A DNA stretch of 64,000 nt from Candidatus Daviesbacteria bacterium (lineage in GTDB: Bacteria; Patescibacteriota; Microgenomatia; Daviesbacterales; UBA10151). The position numbers and the translations under genes are program-made. Below, in pieces: positions 36,273 through 44,861 of the stretch. The notes under the pieces were generated by a model. It ran no database searches. It was given only the letters and a program-made list of their open reading frames with translations, and was not told the DNA's origin. The stretch is taken from positions 546,386 through 610,385 of the forward strand of contig JAQUSJ010000001.1 of the NCBI GenBank assembly GCA_028715175.1, read 5' to 3'. The stretch's first letter is position 1. Every line of letters begins with the position of its first letter.

Positions 36273-36869
36273 ATGAAAACAAAAAAATTAAAAATTTTTT
36301 ATTTTTTATTAACTCTTCTATTTCTTTTCCCAAACATGCAAGTTCGGGCGGAAAAAAAGATGGAAATTACTGACCAGGTTATCCAGGTGCAATCCAGAAA
36401 ATTGGATAGCAAAGCAGAAATTTTAGCTGCCTATTTGGAAAAATTCGATTCTCCGCTGCAATATCATGCGCAGGATTTTATTGATGCTGCCAACGAATAT
36501 AATTTAGACTGGAAACTTTTACCCTCAATTGCAGGCGTTGAATCCACTTTCGGAAAAGCTATCCCGGGAGGATTTAATGGATGGGGTTGGGGAGTTTATG
36601 GCACCCAGGCTATTTATTTTAGTTCATGGAAAGAAGCTATTTTTACTGTCGCTAAAGGTTTACGCGAAAATTACTTAAACAAAGGTTTAACAAACCCTTA
36701 TTCCATAAACAGAGTTTATGCTGCTTCCCCTTATTGGGGCGGAAAGGTTTCATATTTCATGAATGATTTAGAAAAGTTCGCAAACGCTTTTGAAGGCGGA
36801 GATATGCAGGCAAATATCGGTTTTGTTCCAAAAATAGCTGCCATCTCGGGCCAATTAGCCTTAAGATAA
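36273..36869 (+). CDS. Secreted glucosaminidase-domain (GH73/FlgJ-like) protein, paralog 2
   Basis: Signal peptide MKTKKLKIFYFLLTLLFLFPNMQVRA; LLPSIAGVESTFGKA...NGWGWGVYG...YLNKGLTNPYSINRVYAASPYWG. Confidence 0.6.
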   Translation: MKTKKLKIFYFLLTLLFLFPNMQVRAEKKMEITDQVIQVQSRKLDSKAEILAAYLEKFDSPLQYHAQDFIDAANEYNLDWKLLPSIAGVESTFGKAIPGGFNGWGWGVYGTQAIYFSSWKEAIFTVAKGLRENYLNKGLTNPYSINRVYAASPYWGGKVSYFMNDLEKFANAFEGGDMQANIGFVPKIAAISGQLALR

Positions 36870-36872
36870 ATA

Positions 36873-36899
36873 ACTAGTGACTAGTGACTGGTGACTAGT
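36873..36899. repeat. Tandem TGACTAG / ACTAGT (SpeI-site) triple repeat: actagtgactagtgactggtgactagt
   Basis: Read directly; intergenic, immediately upstream of murT. Confidence 0.5.
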
Positions 36900-36911
36900 T
36901 ATAATGCCCAT

Positions 36912-38270
36912 ATGAAACTCATTCTAGCTATTCTTCTAGGTAAACTAATCCTTTTTCTCACGCGTAATTTTAAAATCGGAGGAGGCTCAGCTGCTCCGGG
37001 TTTATATGCCCTGTCTATTGAACCGGATCTGGTTGCAAAATTAGCTGCTAAAATCCCCAAAAATGTAGTGATAACCGGAACTAACGGCAAAACTACTACT
37101 GCCAAAATGCTGGCCCATTTTGCGAAAGAAACAGGGCTTAAAGTTATCAGAAACCATACCGGTTCCAATCTTGAACGCGGTATCGCCTCAGCTTTTATTC
37201 AAAACCTCCGTTTACACCCCAAGGGTGTAAAGCTAAACCATGATATTGGCATTTGGGAACTGGATGAAGCAGCTTTTAATGCCGTTGCCCCAAAACTGCA
37301 ACCTGACATTGTTGTATTTTTGAATGTCTTCCGTGATCAACTTGACCGTTATGGTGAAATTGATACTGTAATCAAAAACTGGTACCAGGCGTTAAAAAAA
37401 CTCTCTTCGGAAACTGCGGTTTTAGTTAACGGCGACGATGCCAACATATTAAAACTGGCTGCCTGTTTTAGAGGTAAAGTTCAAACATTCGGGGTTCAAA
37501 ATTGCAAAATCGCGGGGGAGGAAATTGAGCGTCAAAAAGAACAGGAAAACCTTGATTTTGAAGCAAAAAATGTCAAAACAAGCGGATTAACCGGCAGTTT
37601 ATTTCAATTAACTATTAACAATGAACTATTAACTGTTAACCTACCTCTTCCCGGTATCTACCATATCTATGATTTTTTGGCTGCCTTTACTACAGGAACA
37701 ATATTAAATATAGATCCTGATAAAATGGTTTTGTCCTTGAAAACCTATTCACCTGCCTTTGGCAGGGTCGAGAAATTCCATTTAAACCCTACGTTTCATC
37801 GTACTCCTACCTCCGAGGTAGAATACATGGGGTATATTTTCCTGATCAAAAATCCGGCCGGAGCTACCCAGGTCTTTAAAACTATTGCGCCAAATATCAA
37901 ACCCGGGGACAGAATCCTTCTGGCATTAAATGACAACATTGCGGACGGTACAGACGTATCATGGATCTGGGATGCGAATTTCGAATCACTTCGAAATTCG
38001 TCGAATCTTTCTGAACGAGCGCAGTCGAGGGACTATACAATAATTACTTCTGGAATCAGAGCAAATGATCTGGCGCTCCGCTTGAAATATGCCAATTTTA
38101 ATCCTAAAGAAATAGTTGTAGAACCGGACCTGAAACAGGCCCTGAAACAAGCTGGAGTGGGCTTAAAAGGCAAATTGTTCATCCTTCCCACATATACTGC
38201 CATGCTGAAACTGCAATCAATCCTGACTAAAGCCAGCATCAAGAAACATTACTGGGAGGAGGATAATTAG
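36912..38270 (+). CDS. murT: Mur-ligase-family protein, MurT-like (lipid II isoglutaminyl synthase ligase subunit)
   Basis: VVITGTNGKTTTAKML is the Mur ligase P-loop; the C-terminal DUF1727-like region is followed by a GatD-like partner gene. The table ORF uses GTG 36891; ATG 36912 (MKLILAIL) is preferred. It contains a family-1 palindromic insert encoding LRLHPKGVKL. Confidence 0.65.
   Translation: MKLILAILLGKLILFLTRNFKIGGGSAAPGLYALSIEPDLVAKLAAKIPKNVVITGTNGKTTTAKMLAHFAKETGLKVIRNHTGSNLERGIASAFIQNLRLHPKGVKLNHDIGIWELDEAAFNAVAPKLQPDIVVFLNVFRDQLDRYGEIDTVIKNWYQALKKLSSETAVLVNGDDANILKLAACFRGKVQTFGVQNCKIAGEEIERQKEQENLDFEAKNVKTSGLTGSLFQLTINNELLTVNLPLPGIYHIYDFLAAFTTGTILNIDPDKMVLSLKTYSPAFGRVEKFHLNPTFHRTPTSEVEYMGYIFLIKNPAGATQVFKTIAPNIKPGDRILLALNDNIADGTDVSWIWDANFESLRNSSNLSERAQSRDYTIITSGIRANDLALRLKYANFNPKEIVVEPDLKQALKQAGVGLKGKLFILPTYTAMLKLQSILTKASIKKHYWEEDN
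37209..37237. repeat. Family-1 in-frame palindromic element, copy 2, inside murT
   Basis: Identical 29-mer; encodes RLHPKGVKLN. Confidence 0.8.
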
Positions 38271-38350
38271 CTATCAGTCTTCAGCTATCAGATGTTAGAT
38301 GATTTATCTGACGACTGACAGCGAAGCGATACTGAAAGCTGACGACTATT
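38271..38350 (+). repeat. Structured leader repeat, copy X (core AGCTATCAGTCTTCAGCTATCAGAT ... TCTGACGACTGA ... CTGAAAGCTGACGACTATT) directly 5' of gatD ATG
   Basis: Shares a 25-nt core (24/25) and a 19-nt block with the atpE-atpF spacer (61570..61646), in matching orientation relative to the downstream gene. Confidence 0.6.
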
Positions 38351-39073
38351 ATGAAGCTTGTAATCGGTTATCTTTACGGCGACCTAATGAATATCTATGG
38401 AGATACAGGCAATATCATTGCCCTGAAAAAGCGGGCAGAATGGAGAGGGATTAAAGTAATAATCAAAATGTTCACGATCGGAAATGAAATGAAAAAAGGT
38501 ATGGCTGATATTTACTTTTTCGGAGGCGGGCAAGACCAGGCTCAGGAATTAGTAGCAAGGGATTTAGTTGTAAGCGGTAAGGGAAAAGTCATCAAATCAG
38601 AGGTTGAAAGAGGAGTACCACTGCTTTCTGTTTGCGGAGGATATCAGTTACTGGGTGATTATTACAAACCTCACAAAGGTCCTAAACTTCCAGGCGTAGG
38701 ACTATTTCCAGCATATACTGTAGCAAGCCATGACCGGATGATCGGCAATATCATAATCGAATCTATGTTTGGCAAATTAATTGGTTTTGAAAATCATTCC
38801 GGAAAAACTTACCTGAAAAAAGGCGCTTTACCTTTAGGCATGATAGTAAAAGGTTTTGGCAATGGCGGCACTGTCCAGACTGAAGGCTGTATTTATAAAA
38901 ATGCCGTTGGTACTTATATGCATGGCTCGCTTCTGCCTAAAAATCCCAAATTAGCAGACTGGCTGCTGAAAAAAGCTCTGGAAGTAAAATATGGAAAAGA
39001 GTTGGAGCTAAAGCAACTCGATGACACTCTTGAACTCCAAGCCCACTATAAAGCAATCCAAAAATTCGGCTAA
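38351..39073 (+). CDS. gatD: CobB/CobQ-like glutamine amidotransferase, GatD-like (glutaminase partner of MurT)
   Basis: SVCGGYQLLG (catalytic Cys in the CGGYQ context) and ...YMHGSLLPKNPKLAD (His region); 240 aa; immediately downstream of murT. Confidence 0.65.
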   Translation: MKLVIGYLYGDLMNIYGDTGNIIALKKRAEWRGIKVIIKMFTIGNEMKKGMADIYFFGGGQDQAQELVARDLVVSGKGKVIKSEVERGVPLLSVCGGYQLLGDYYKPHKGPKLPGVGLFPAYTVASHDRMIGNIIIESMFGKLIGFENHSGKTYLKKGALPLGMIVKGFGNGGTVQTEGCIYKNAVGTYMHGSLLPKNPKLADWLLKKALEVKYGKELELKQLDDTLELQAHYKAIQKFG

Positions 39074-39178
39074 GATAGTCTTACAACTACAATATATTGT
39101 ATCCTTTGGGACAAAAATATTACGATCGTATATAGTTTGTCCAATAAAGAGTGTTCATGAAGTGGAAAAGGGATAATG

Positions 39179-40024
39179 CTACTTACCTGTAGGTAACTTT
39201 AATAGAAGATGAGACTCTAATGCATCATTCTTCATAAATCGATCAAGTTGCCAAAAATATAGTCTTAGTCCAGGGTCATCAGGAATAACCAAATCCTTCA
39301 AGGTACCCAGCTTATGGATATTACACCAAACGAACAATAGCCCATTTTCCACCCCACTTGATAAATCTAGTGAGTTAGGATGGCCTCTTTTTATAGTTCT
39401 ATTGAAGTGTATGCTACTTACCGCAACATCATGGATTCCAAATATTCCGGCATTCCTACTTGTCCCTGGTGATTGCGAGTATACCCATCTCTCCTGAGCA
39501 TCTTGAGCGTGAATTTCCAAATCTAAAACAGCATTATCTAAACCTTCTCCTTGAAATGCGATAGACATTCCATCAAGTTTAGCCATAAAGCGTCCATGGA
39601 AAAAAACATGCGGTGTTATCATGAATTTTACATCCTGTGAGTCAAGAGGAACCATTGGTGTCCAGAAAGATACCCCTGATTGGTATGTTATGAAATAATC
39701 TCTACCATCATTTGGTTTTGGACGAACCGCAGAAATTAAAGAGTGCTGATAATCTTCAAGCATGTCTGCTGGTACATCTAAAGCATATAGTCTATTCGCG
39801 AGGACAGATTCTTCAAGAAGATGTCTAATGTTAAAGTGTTTATCCCACAAGTTCACTTCATCATCAAGCATCGGTCTAACTGCTTCTCCATGAATTCCAC
39901 CATAAGATAGACTACGGAAACCTACGGCTCCTCTTATTGCTTTATGAAGCAAACGTCCAAAGCTCGTTAGTATTTCCCTAATTCTCTGATCCGATATTAG
40001 TAGTTCATTGTCGGGTGTAATCAT
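39179..40024 (-). CDS. Hypothetical protein
   Basis: The table ORF (to 40105) overlaps tRNA-Leu(UAG); the first non-overlapping ATG gives 39179..40024. No motif recognised. Confidence 0.4.
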   Translation of the reverse strand: MITPDNELLISDQRIREILTSFGRLLHKAIRGAVGFRSLSYGGIHGEAVRPMLDDEVNLWDKHFNIRHLLEESVLANRLYALDVPADMLEDYQHSLISAVRPKPNDGRDYFITYQSGVSFWTPMVPLDSQDVKFMITPHVFFHGRFMAKLDGMSIAFQGEGLDNAVLDLEIHAQDAQERWVYSQSPGTSRNAGIFGIHDVAVSSIHFNRTIKRGHPNSLDLSSGVENGLLFVWCNIHKLGTLKDLVIPDDPGLRLYFWQLDRFMKNDALESHLLLKLPTGK

Positions 40025-40078
40025 CACGCCGCAATTATAAATTGTAGCTCGTATAAATTCAACTTCTATCTGTTTTTG

Positions 40079-40161
40079 TGCCCAGGGGGAGAGTTGAACT
40101 CCCACGCCCTTGCGGGCATAGCGCCCTAAACGCTACGTGTCTGCCATTCCACCACCTGGGC
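40079..40161 (-). tRNA. tRNA-Leu (anticodon UAG), long variable arm
   Basis: Reverse complement GCCCAGG TG GTGGAATGGCAGACACG TAGCG TTTAGGG CGCTA TGCCCGCAAGGGCGT GGGAG TTCAACT CTCCC CCTGGGC A. Confidence 0.75.
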
Positions 40162-40248
40162 TATTCCAAGCATATTTTACCAGTTAATTTGACATATATC
40201 TATTAAGTTGTAAAATATGCTCGTTTAATTGTTTAATTAATAATTAAT

Positions 40249-40569
40249 ATGAGGAATACGACTCCAATTTCATTAATACTATCAAAAATAGAAAAACTTG
40301 TAGGGGTAGAGCAGCCTACTATTGTTAACGAAAGTCCTGTTAATCCCGAACAATTAAGACAGACAACTGGACCTGGATGGATAGAAATTAGAAATCCCCA
40401 AGCCGAAGAATCCACTTCTAATACAACAGGTGGAGTAATAACTTTTAAGCGTGCTCTTTTACCAACTACTGATCCAAAAAGGACTATAGAAGCAGCAATT
40501 AGCAGTGGAGATTCCATAGCAAATCGTACTGAGCAATTACGCGCAGCTTTGTCTCCCGAGCAAAAATAG
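40249..40569 (+). CDS. Hypothetical protein
   Basis: 106-aa ORF; no motif. Confidence 0.35.
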   Translation: MRNTTPISLILSKIEKLVGVEQPTIVNESPVNPEQLRQTTGPGWIEIRNPQAEESTSNTTGGVITFKRALLPTTDPKRTIEAAISSGDSIANRTEQLRAALSPEQK

Positions 40570-40594
40570 GTAAAAAGGTGTAAAATATATACCT

Positions 40595-41194
40595 ATGAAC
40601 ATTCGCCGTAATATTTTGGGCGGTATTCTGGGTTCGTTTGATGAGGATGAGTTTGAAAAGGAAACTCCTCTTTTATCCACTGTTACTCAAGGAGTTGGTG
40701 GAATTTTTGCAGATATTCTCAGCCTAGGCCAGGACGTAGCAGGAGTTGAAGCAAAAACACAGTCAAATGAAAACGGAAAATTTCCCACCACCGGCACTAT
40801 TGAGTTTACTAAAAAGCAGATGGAAACTGAAGAAAAACAAAAAACAGAAACAGACAGAAAAAAAGCTTTTTACCAGACTCTGAAAGAAGATCAAGAAAGA
40901 GCCAGAAGAGCAAAAGAGCAGTTGTTGTTTGAAGAAGAGATGGATGACATTGTCACTAATTTACCAACCGAGCAAAAGAACCGTTTATTGCATTATCAAG
41001 CCAGTTATAGAGATCGAAGTATCTATCAACGAGCCGAACTCCGGAAGAAACTTATCGAAGAACGGAAGAGAGACGAAAAACAACAAAAAGAAGCTTCCGT
41101 TCCCAGTCCGGCCAAACAACCAAATTCTCTGGAGGTTGCATTTGAAGGAGCCTCCGGTTCGAAAGGTAATCTCTCCTTCCAGGCAGTAGGCTGA
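40595..41194 (+). CDS. Hypothetical charged/low-complexity protein
   Basis: 199 aa, E/K/Q-rich coiled-coil-like. Confidence 0.4.
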   Translation: MNIRRNILGGILGSFDEDEFEKETPLLSTVTQGVGGIFADILSLGQDVAGVEAKTQSNENGKFPTTGTIEFTKKQMETEEKQKTETDRKKAFYQTLKEDQERARRAKEQLLFEEEMDDIVTNLPTEQKNRLLHYQASYRDRSIYQRAELRKKLIEERKRDEKQQKEASVPSPAKQPNSLEVAFEGASGSKGNLSFQAVG

Positions 41195-41199
41195 TTCTG

Positions 41200-41272
41200 T
41201 GGGCGGTACAGGGATCGAACCTGTGACCTCATTCACGTCAAGAATGCGCTCTACCAGCTGAGCTAACCACCC
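41200..41272 (-). tRNA. tRNA-Val (anticodon GAC)
   Basis: Reverse complement GGGTGGT TA GCTC AGCTGGTA GAGC G CATTC TTGACGT GAATG AGGTC ACAGG TTCGATC CCTGT ACCGCCC A. Confidence 0.75.
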
Positions 41273-41331
41273 GAACTTTCAAATTCTATCACCTCTTTAC
41301 ATAACCCACAAGCAAACAGTAATATACGAGT

Positions 41332-42558
41332 ATGGATCAAAAGAAATTAAAGGATCACAAACAAATCGGTCAGGAGCTTGAACTTTTTTTTACAGACGAT
41401 ATTGCTCCCGGCGCTCCATTCTGGCTTCCAAAAGGAATGGTTATTTTTAAAGAGCTGGAAAAATATATCAGAGAACTAACTGAAAAAGCAGGATATCTGG
41501 AAACTTCAACACCAATTATGGTCAAAAGCGAAATATTTAAGCAATCCGGACACTGGGAAAAATTCGGTGAGCATAATATGTATAACCTTCAGCTTTCTGA
41601 CGAAACAGATGATTCTAAACCAGTTAGCTACACCTTAAAACCAATGAACTGCCCCGAATCAACTATCCTCTATAGATTCAGGCCCAGAAGCTACCGTGAG
41701 CTACCTTTAAGGCTTTCTGAAATCGGCAGGTTGCACAGAAGAGAAAAATCAGGGGAGGTCAACGGATTACTACGGGTCCGCCAACTGACTATGGATGATG
41801 CCCACATTTATGCTACAGAAGACCAAATACCGGACGAGGTGGGAAGTATTTTAGATATGATGATTGAATTCTACAAAAGTTTTAATTTTGAATACGAATT
41901 CAGGTTGGCAACCAGACCGGATATAAGAGCAGGAACTGATGAAAATTGGGGGAAAGCTGAAAAAGCTCTGGAGAATGTTTTGAAGGAAAAAGGATTAAAA
42001 GCCGGAGATAAAAAGGGTGACGGTGCATTTTATGGGCCTAAGATCGATGTACATATTAAAGATGCTCAAGGAAGAGATTGGCAACTGGCCACCGTCCAGC
42101 TTGACTTTCATCAACCTGAAGCATTTAAACTGGAATATACCGATGAAAAAGGGAATAAGCCGCGCCCGGTCATGATCCACAGAGCTATCTTTGGTTCTTT
42201 TGAAAGGTTTATAGCTATTTTAACCGAACATTTCCAGGGGGTTTTCCCAACCTGGCTCTCTCCAATCCAGGTACAAATTATACCCATTGCAGATCGGCAT
42301 CAAAAATATAGTCAAATTGTACTCGAACAATTAAAGGATGCAAATATCAGGGCAGAGCTTGATAACAGGCAAGAAACTATGCAAGCAAAAATTAGGGATG
42401 CCCAAACACAAAAAATTCCATATATGATTATCGTGGGCGACCGCGAAGAAAAAGAAAAGAAAATCGCTGTTAGGACAAAAATGGGGCAGGACTTAGGTGC
42501 ATTGGGGGTTGAAGAATTTTTAACAAGAATTAATTCGGAGATTGAATCTAAGGTATAA
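41332..42558 (+). CDS. thrS: Threonine--tRNA ligase, catalytic core + anticodon-binding domain only (no N-terminal TGS/editing domains)
   Basis: The start aligns to the class II core: FWLPKGMVIFKELEKYIRE... motifs 2/3 (RVRQLTMDDAHIY, FYGPKID, HRAIFGSFERF). 408 aa against ~640 aa in canonical bacteria. Confidence 0.8.
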   Translation: MDQKKLKDHKQIGQELELFFTDDIAPGAPFWLPKGMVIFKELEKYIRELTEKAGYLETSTPIMVKSEIFKQSGHWEKFGEHNMYNLQLSDETDDSKPVSYTLKPMNCPESTILYRFRPRSYRELPLRLSEIGRLHRREKSGEVNGLLRVRQLTMDDAHIYATEDQIPDEVGSILDMMIEFYKSFNFEYEFRLATRPDIRAGTDENWGKAEKALENVLKEKGLKAGDKKGDGAFYGPKIDVHIKDAQGRDWQLATVQLDFHQPEAFKLEYTDEKGNKPRPVMIHRAIFGSFERFIAILTEHFQGVFPTWLSPIQVQIIPIADRHQKYSQIVLEQLKDANIRAELDNRQETMQAKIRDAQTQKIPYMIIVGDREEKEKKIAVRTKMGQDLGALGVEEFLTRINSEIESKV

Positions 42559-42603
42559 TCTGTGTTAATATCTACAAAAGCAACTATGAAGGAGGCTCGT
42601 TAA

Positions 42604-43155
42604 CTGGCCAAATTTTATCGTCTTAATGAGCATATCCAGGCTCCTAAGCTTAGGGTAATAGATTCCAAGGGCGAACAGCTGGGAATCTTAACTAAGACTG
42701 AGGCTTTGGAAAAAGCTAAGGCGTTAGGACAGGATGTGATAGAAATTGCTCCCAATGCACAGCCGCCTGTTGTCAAAATAGCTGATTTTCAGAAATTCAG
42801 GTACGAAGAGAATAAGAAGGATAGGGCATCAAAAAAGGGTACATCTGCAGGGGGATTGAAAGAATTGTGGCTGTCTCCACGGATTGCGGAACATGACCTT
42901 AAAGTCAGACTAACGAGAACTGAAGAGTTCTTAAAGGAAGGTTATAAGGTAAAGTTAACGGTTAAATTTAAGGGCAGGGAAATGGCTCACCCCGAACTTG
43001 GACGCCAGGTTTTACAAGAAGCTCTAACGCTTTTAGGGGATAATGTTGCAGTAGATAAGGAAGCTAAGTTTGAAGGAAGAAAATTATCAATGATCGTAGG
43101 AAAAGGAAGAAAGGATAAAAATGCCGAAGCAGAAAACAAACAAATCAATATTTAA
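42604..43155 (+). CDS. infC: Translation initiation factor IF-3 with a probable non-AUG (CUG) start
   Basis: The upstream in-frame extension of the table ORF (which starts at TTG 42706) encodes AKFYRLNEHIQAPKLRVIDSKGEQLGILTKTEALEKAKALGQDVIEIAPNAQPPVVKI, homologous to the IF3 N-domain. The in-frame stop is at 42601..42603 and SD gaaggagg at 42588..42595. The first possible codon is CTG 42604; the next in-frame non-AUG candidate is ATC 42634. Confidence 0.7.
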   Translation: MAKFYRLNEHIQAPKLRVIDSKGEQLGILTKTEALEKAKALGQDVIEIAPNAQPPVVKIADFQKFRYEENKKDRASKKGTSAGGLKELWLSPRIAEHDLKVRLTRTEEFLKEGYKVKLTVKFKGREMAHPELGRQVLQEALTLLGDNVAVDKEAKFEGRKLSMIVGKGRKDKNAEAENKQINI

Positions 43156-43318
43156 GAGAATCAAAATTACCTCAACAGGTAAGATTTTAAGAAGACACCA
43201 GCTTGGAGCCGGACATCTCAAACGGAACAAAAGCAAGGGAGCGCTCAACCGGCAAAAGAAAACAAGTGAATATTTTAAAGGAGAAGGCAAACATCTTAGA
43301 AAGATAATAGGACTCTAA
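43121..43318 (+). CDS. rpmI: 50S ribosomal protein L35
   Basis: MPKQKTNKSIFKRIKITSTGKILRRHQLGAGHLK... Confidence 0.8.
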   Translation: MPKQKTNKSIFKRIKITSTGKILRRHQLGAGHLKRNKSKGALNRQKKTSEYFKGEGKHLRKIIGL

Positions 43319-43453
43319 TGGGTAGAGAAACAAGGAATTTTAGACAAACCGGAAGATCAAGAGCAGGCAATTTATCGGCAAGAAATTATGCCGGGATTAA
43401 CCGTACAGGATATTGGGGAAAAATAATTAATTTTTTTAAGAAAGGCGGTTACT

Positions 43454-43798
43454 ATGGCAAGAGTTAAAAGAGGAGTTACATCGCATAGAAAACACAAAAA
43501 GGTATTGAAGTTAACTCGCGGCCACAGAGGCGGCAGAAGCAAGCTCGTGAGGGAGGCAAAATCTTCTTTACTTCATGCAGGAGAATACGCTTTTGCCGGC
43601 AGAAAGCTTAGAAAGCGGGACATGAGAAGACTTTGGATTACTCAAATGGGAATCGCCCTAAAAAACGAAGGGCTTTCGTATTCCAAATTCATGGCTTCTT
43701 TAAAAGCCAAAAAAATCTTGCTTGACCGAAAAATGCTGGCAGATTTGGCAGTTAACAATATTGATGACTTTAAAAAAATCATCTCCGAAGTAAAATAA
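43454..43798 (+). CDS. rplT: 50S ribosomal protein L20
   Basis: MARVKRGVTSHRKHKKVLKLTRGHRGGRSKL... Confidence 0.85.
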   Translation: MARVKRGVTSHRKHKKVLKLTRGHRGGRSKLVREAKSSLLHAGEYAFAGRKLRKRDMRRLWITQMGIALKNEGLSYSKFMASLKAKKILLDRKMLADLAVNNIDDFKKIISEVK

Positions 43799-43816
43799 TG
43801 TGCTAGAATTAAGCTC

Positions 43817-44857
43817 ATGCAGGATAAAATTTCCCAGATTAAAAAAGAGTATTTAGAAAAAATTGGTAAAGCTTCAAGTTTAAAAGAGCTGGACAGTCTT
43901 TTTTTGGCGCTTTTTGGAAAAAAAGGCGAGATTGCGCTTTTGCCAAAAGAGTTCCCCAAACTTTCAGATACGGAGCGGAGGAAAATCGGACCTGCGTTTA
44001 ATGCTGTCAAACAGGAGCTGGAAAAAGCAATAGAAAAAAAAAGGGAAGAGGTTAGAGAAGAGTCTTACAAAGCACTGGAAAATGAAAAACTTACTCTCCA
44101 AGGCGTCCCCCTGGAGGCTAGGAAGGGACATCTGCATCTGGCTACCCAATTTAAAAAAGAAATTATTGACCTGTTCAACAAATTAGGCTTTTATCAATTT
44201 GATGCTCCACACGTAGAATGGGATAAATATAATTTTGAATACCTGAATATCCCCAAGGATCACCCTTCCCGCGATATGTGGGATACGCTGTATGTAGATA
44301 CCTCCCGGCTGGAAGTTGAACCCGGGCAAATGCTGCTGCGCACCCATACTTCTAACTTTTGGCCGAGATTAATGGAGAAAGGCAAAGCTCCGATTAGAGC
44401 GATGAGTTTTGACCGCTGTTTTAGATACGAAGCAATTGATGCAAGACATTCACACACCTTTAACCAGTTTGAGGTGGCAGTTGTCGGCGAAAAGATAACT
44501 ATGGCTAATTTAAAATTCCTATCTGATTATCTTCTCAAAGCAATTTTGGGCAAAGAGGCCAAGTCTAGATTCAGGCCAAAATATTACCCATTTGTTGAAC
44601 CAGGAGTTGGAATAGATTGCCTGTGTGTATTTTGTCATGGACGCGGTTGTAAAATCTGTTCCGGAACAGGCTGGTTTGAAATAGCAGGAGCAGGCATGAT
44701 TCATCCGAATGTTTTTAAGTCTACAGACCTGGATCCTAAAAAATATACCGGTTTAGCTTGGGGTTTTGGACCTGACAGAATGCTAATGATAAAACATGAG
44801 ATAGAAGATATCAGATATTTCCTGGAAGGAGACCTAAAGTTCCTGCAAGAGTATTAA
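43817..44857 (+). CDS. pheS: Phenylalanine--tRNA ligase alpha subunit
   Basis: Class II motifs: FRPKYYPFVEPG, FNQFE, GAGMIHPNV...GLAWGFGPDRM. Confidence 0.9.
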   Translation: MQDKISQIKKEYLEKIGKASSLKELDSLFLALFGKKGEIALLPKEFPKLSDTERRKIGPAFNAVKQELEKAIEKKREEVREESYKALENEKLTLQGVPLEARKGHLHLATQFKKEIIDLFNKLGFYQFDAPHVEWDKYNFEYLNIPKDHPSRDMWDTLYVDTSRLEVEPGQMLLRTHTSNFWPRLMEKGKAPIRAMSFDRCFRYEAIDARHSHTFNQFEVAVVGEKITMANLKFLSDYLLKAILGKEAKSRFRPKYYPFVEPGVGIDCLCVFCHGRGCKICSGTGWFEIAGAGMIHPNVFKSTDLDPKKYTGLAWGFGPDRMLMIKHEIEDIRYFLEGDLKFLQEY

Positions 44858-44861
44858 TCTT

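Noticed and set aside
40929-41236. Three overlapping ORFs (40929..41189 +, 40985..41236 -, 41026..41232 -)
   Set aside because: Alternative frames of the 40595..41194 gene region, and they overlap tRNA-Val(GAC); no support beyond being open.
42706-43155. TTG-initiated 149-aa version of infC from the ORF table
   Set aside because: The upstream in-frame sequence encodes the conserved IF3 N-domain, so the gene is extended to 42604.
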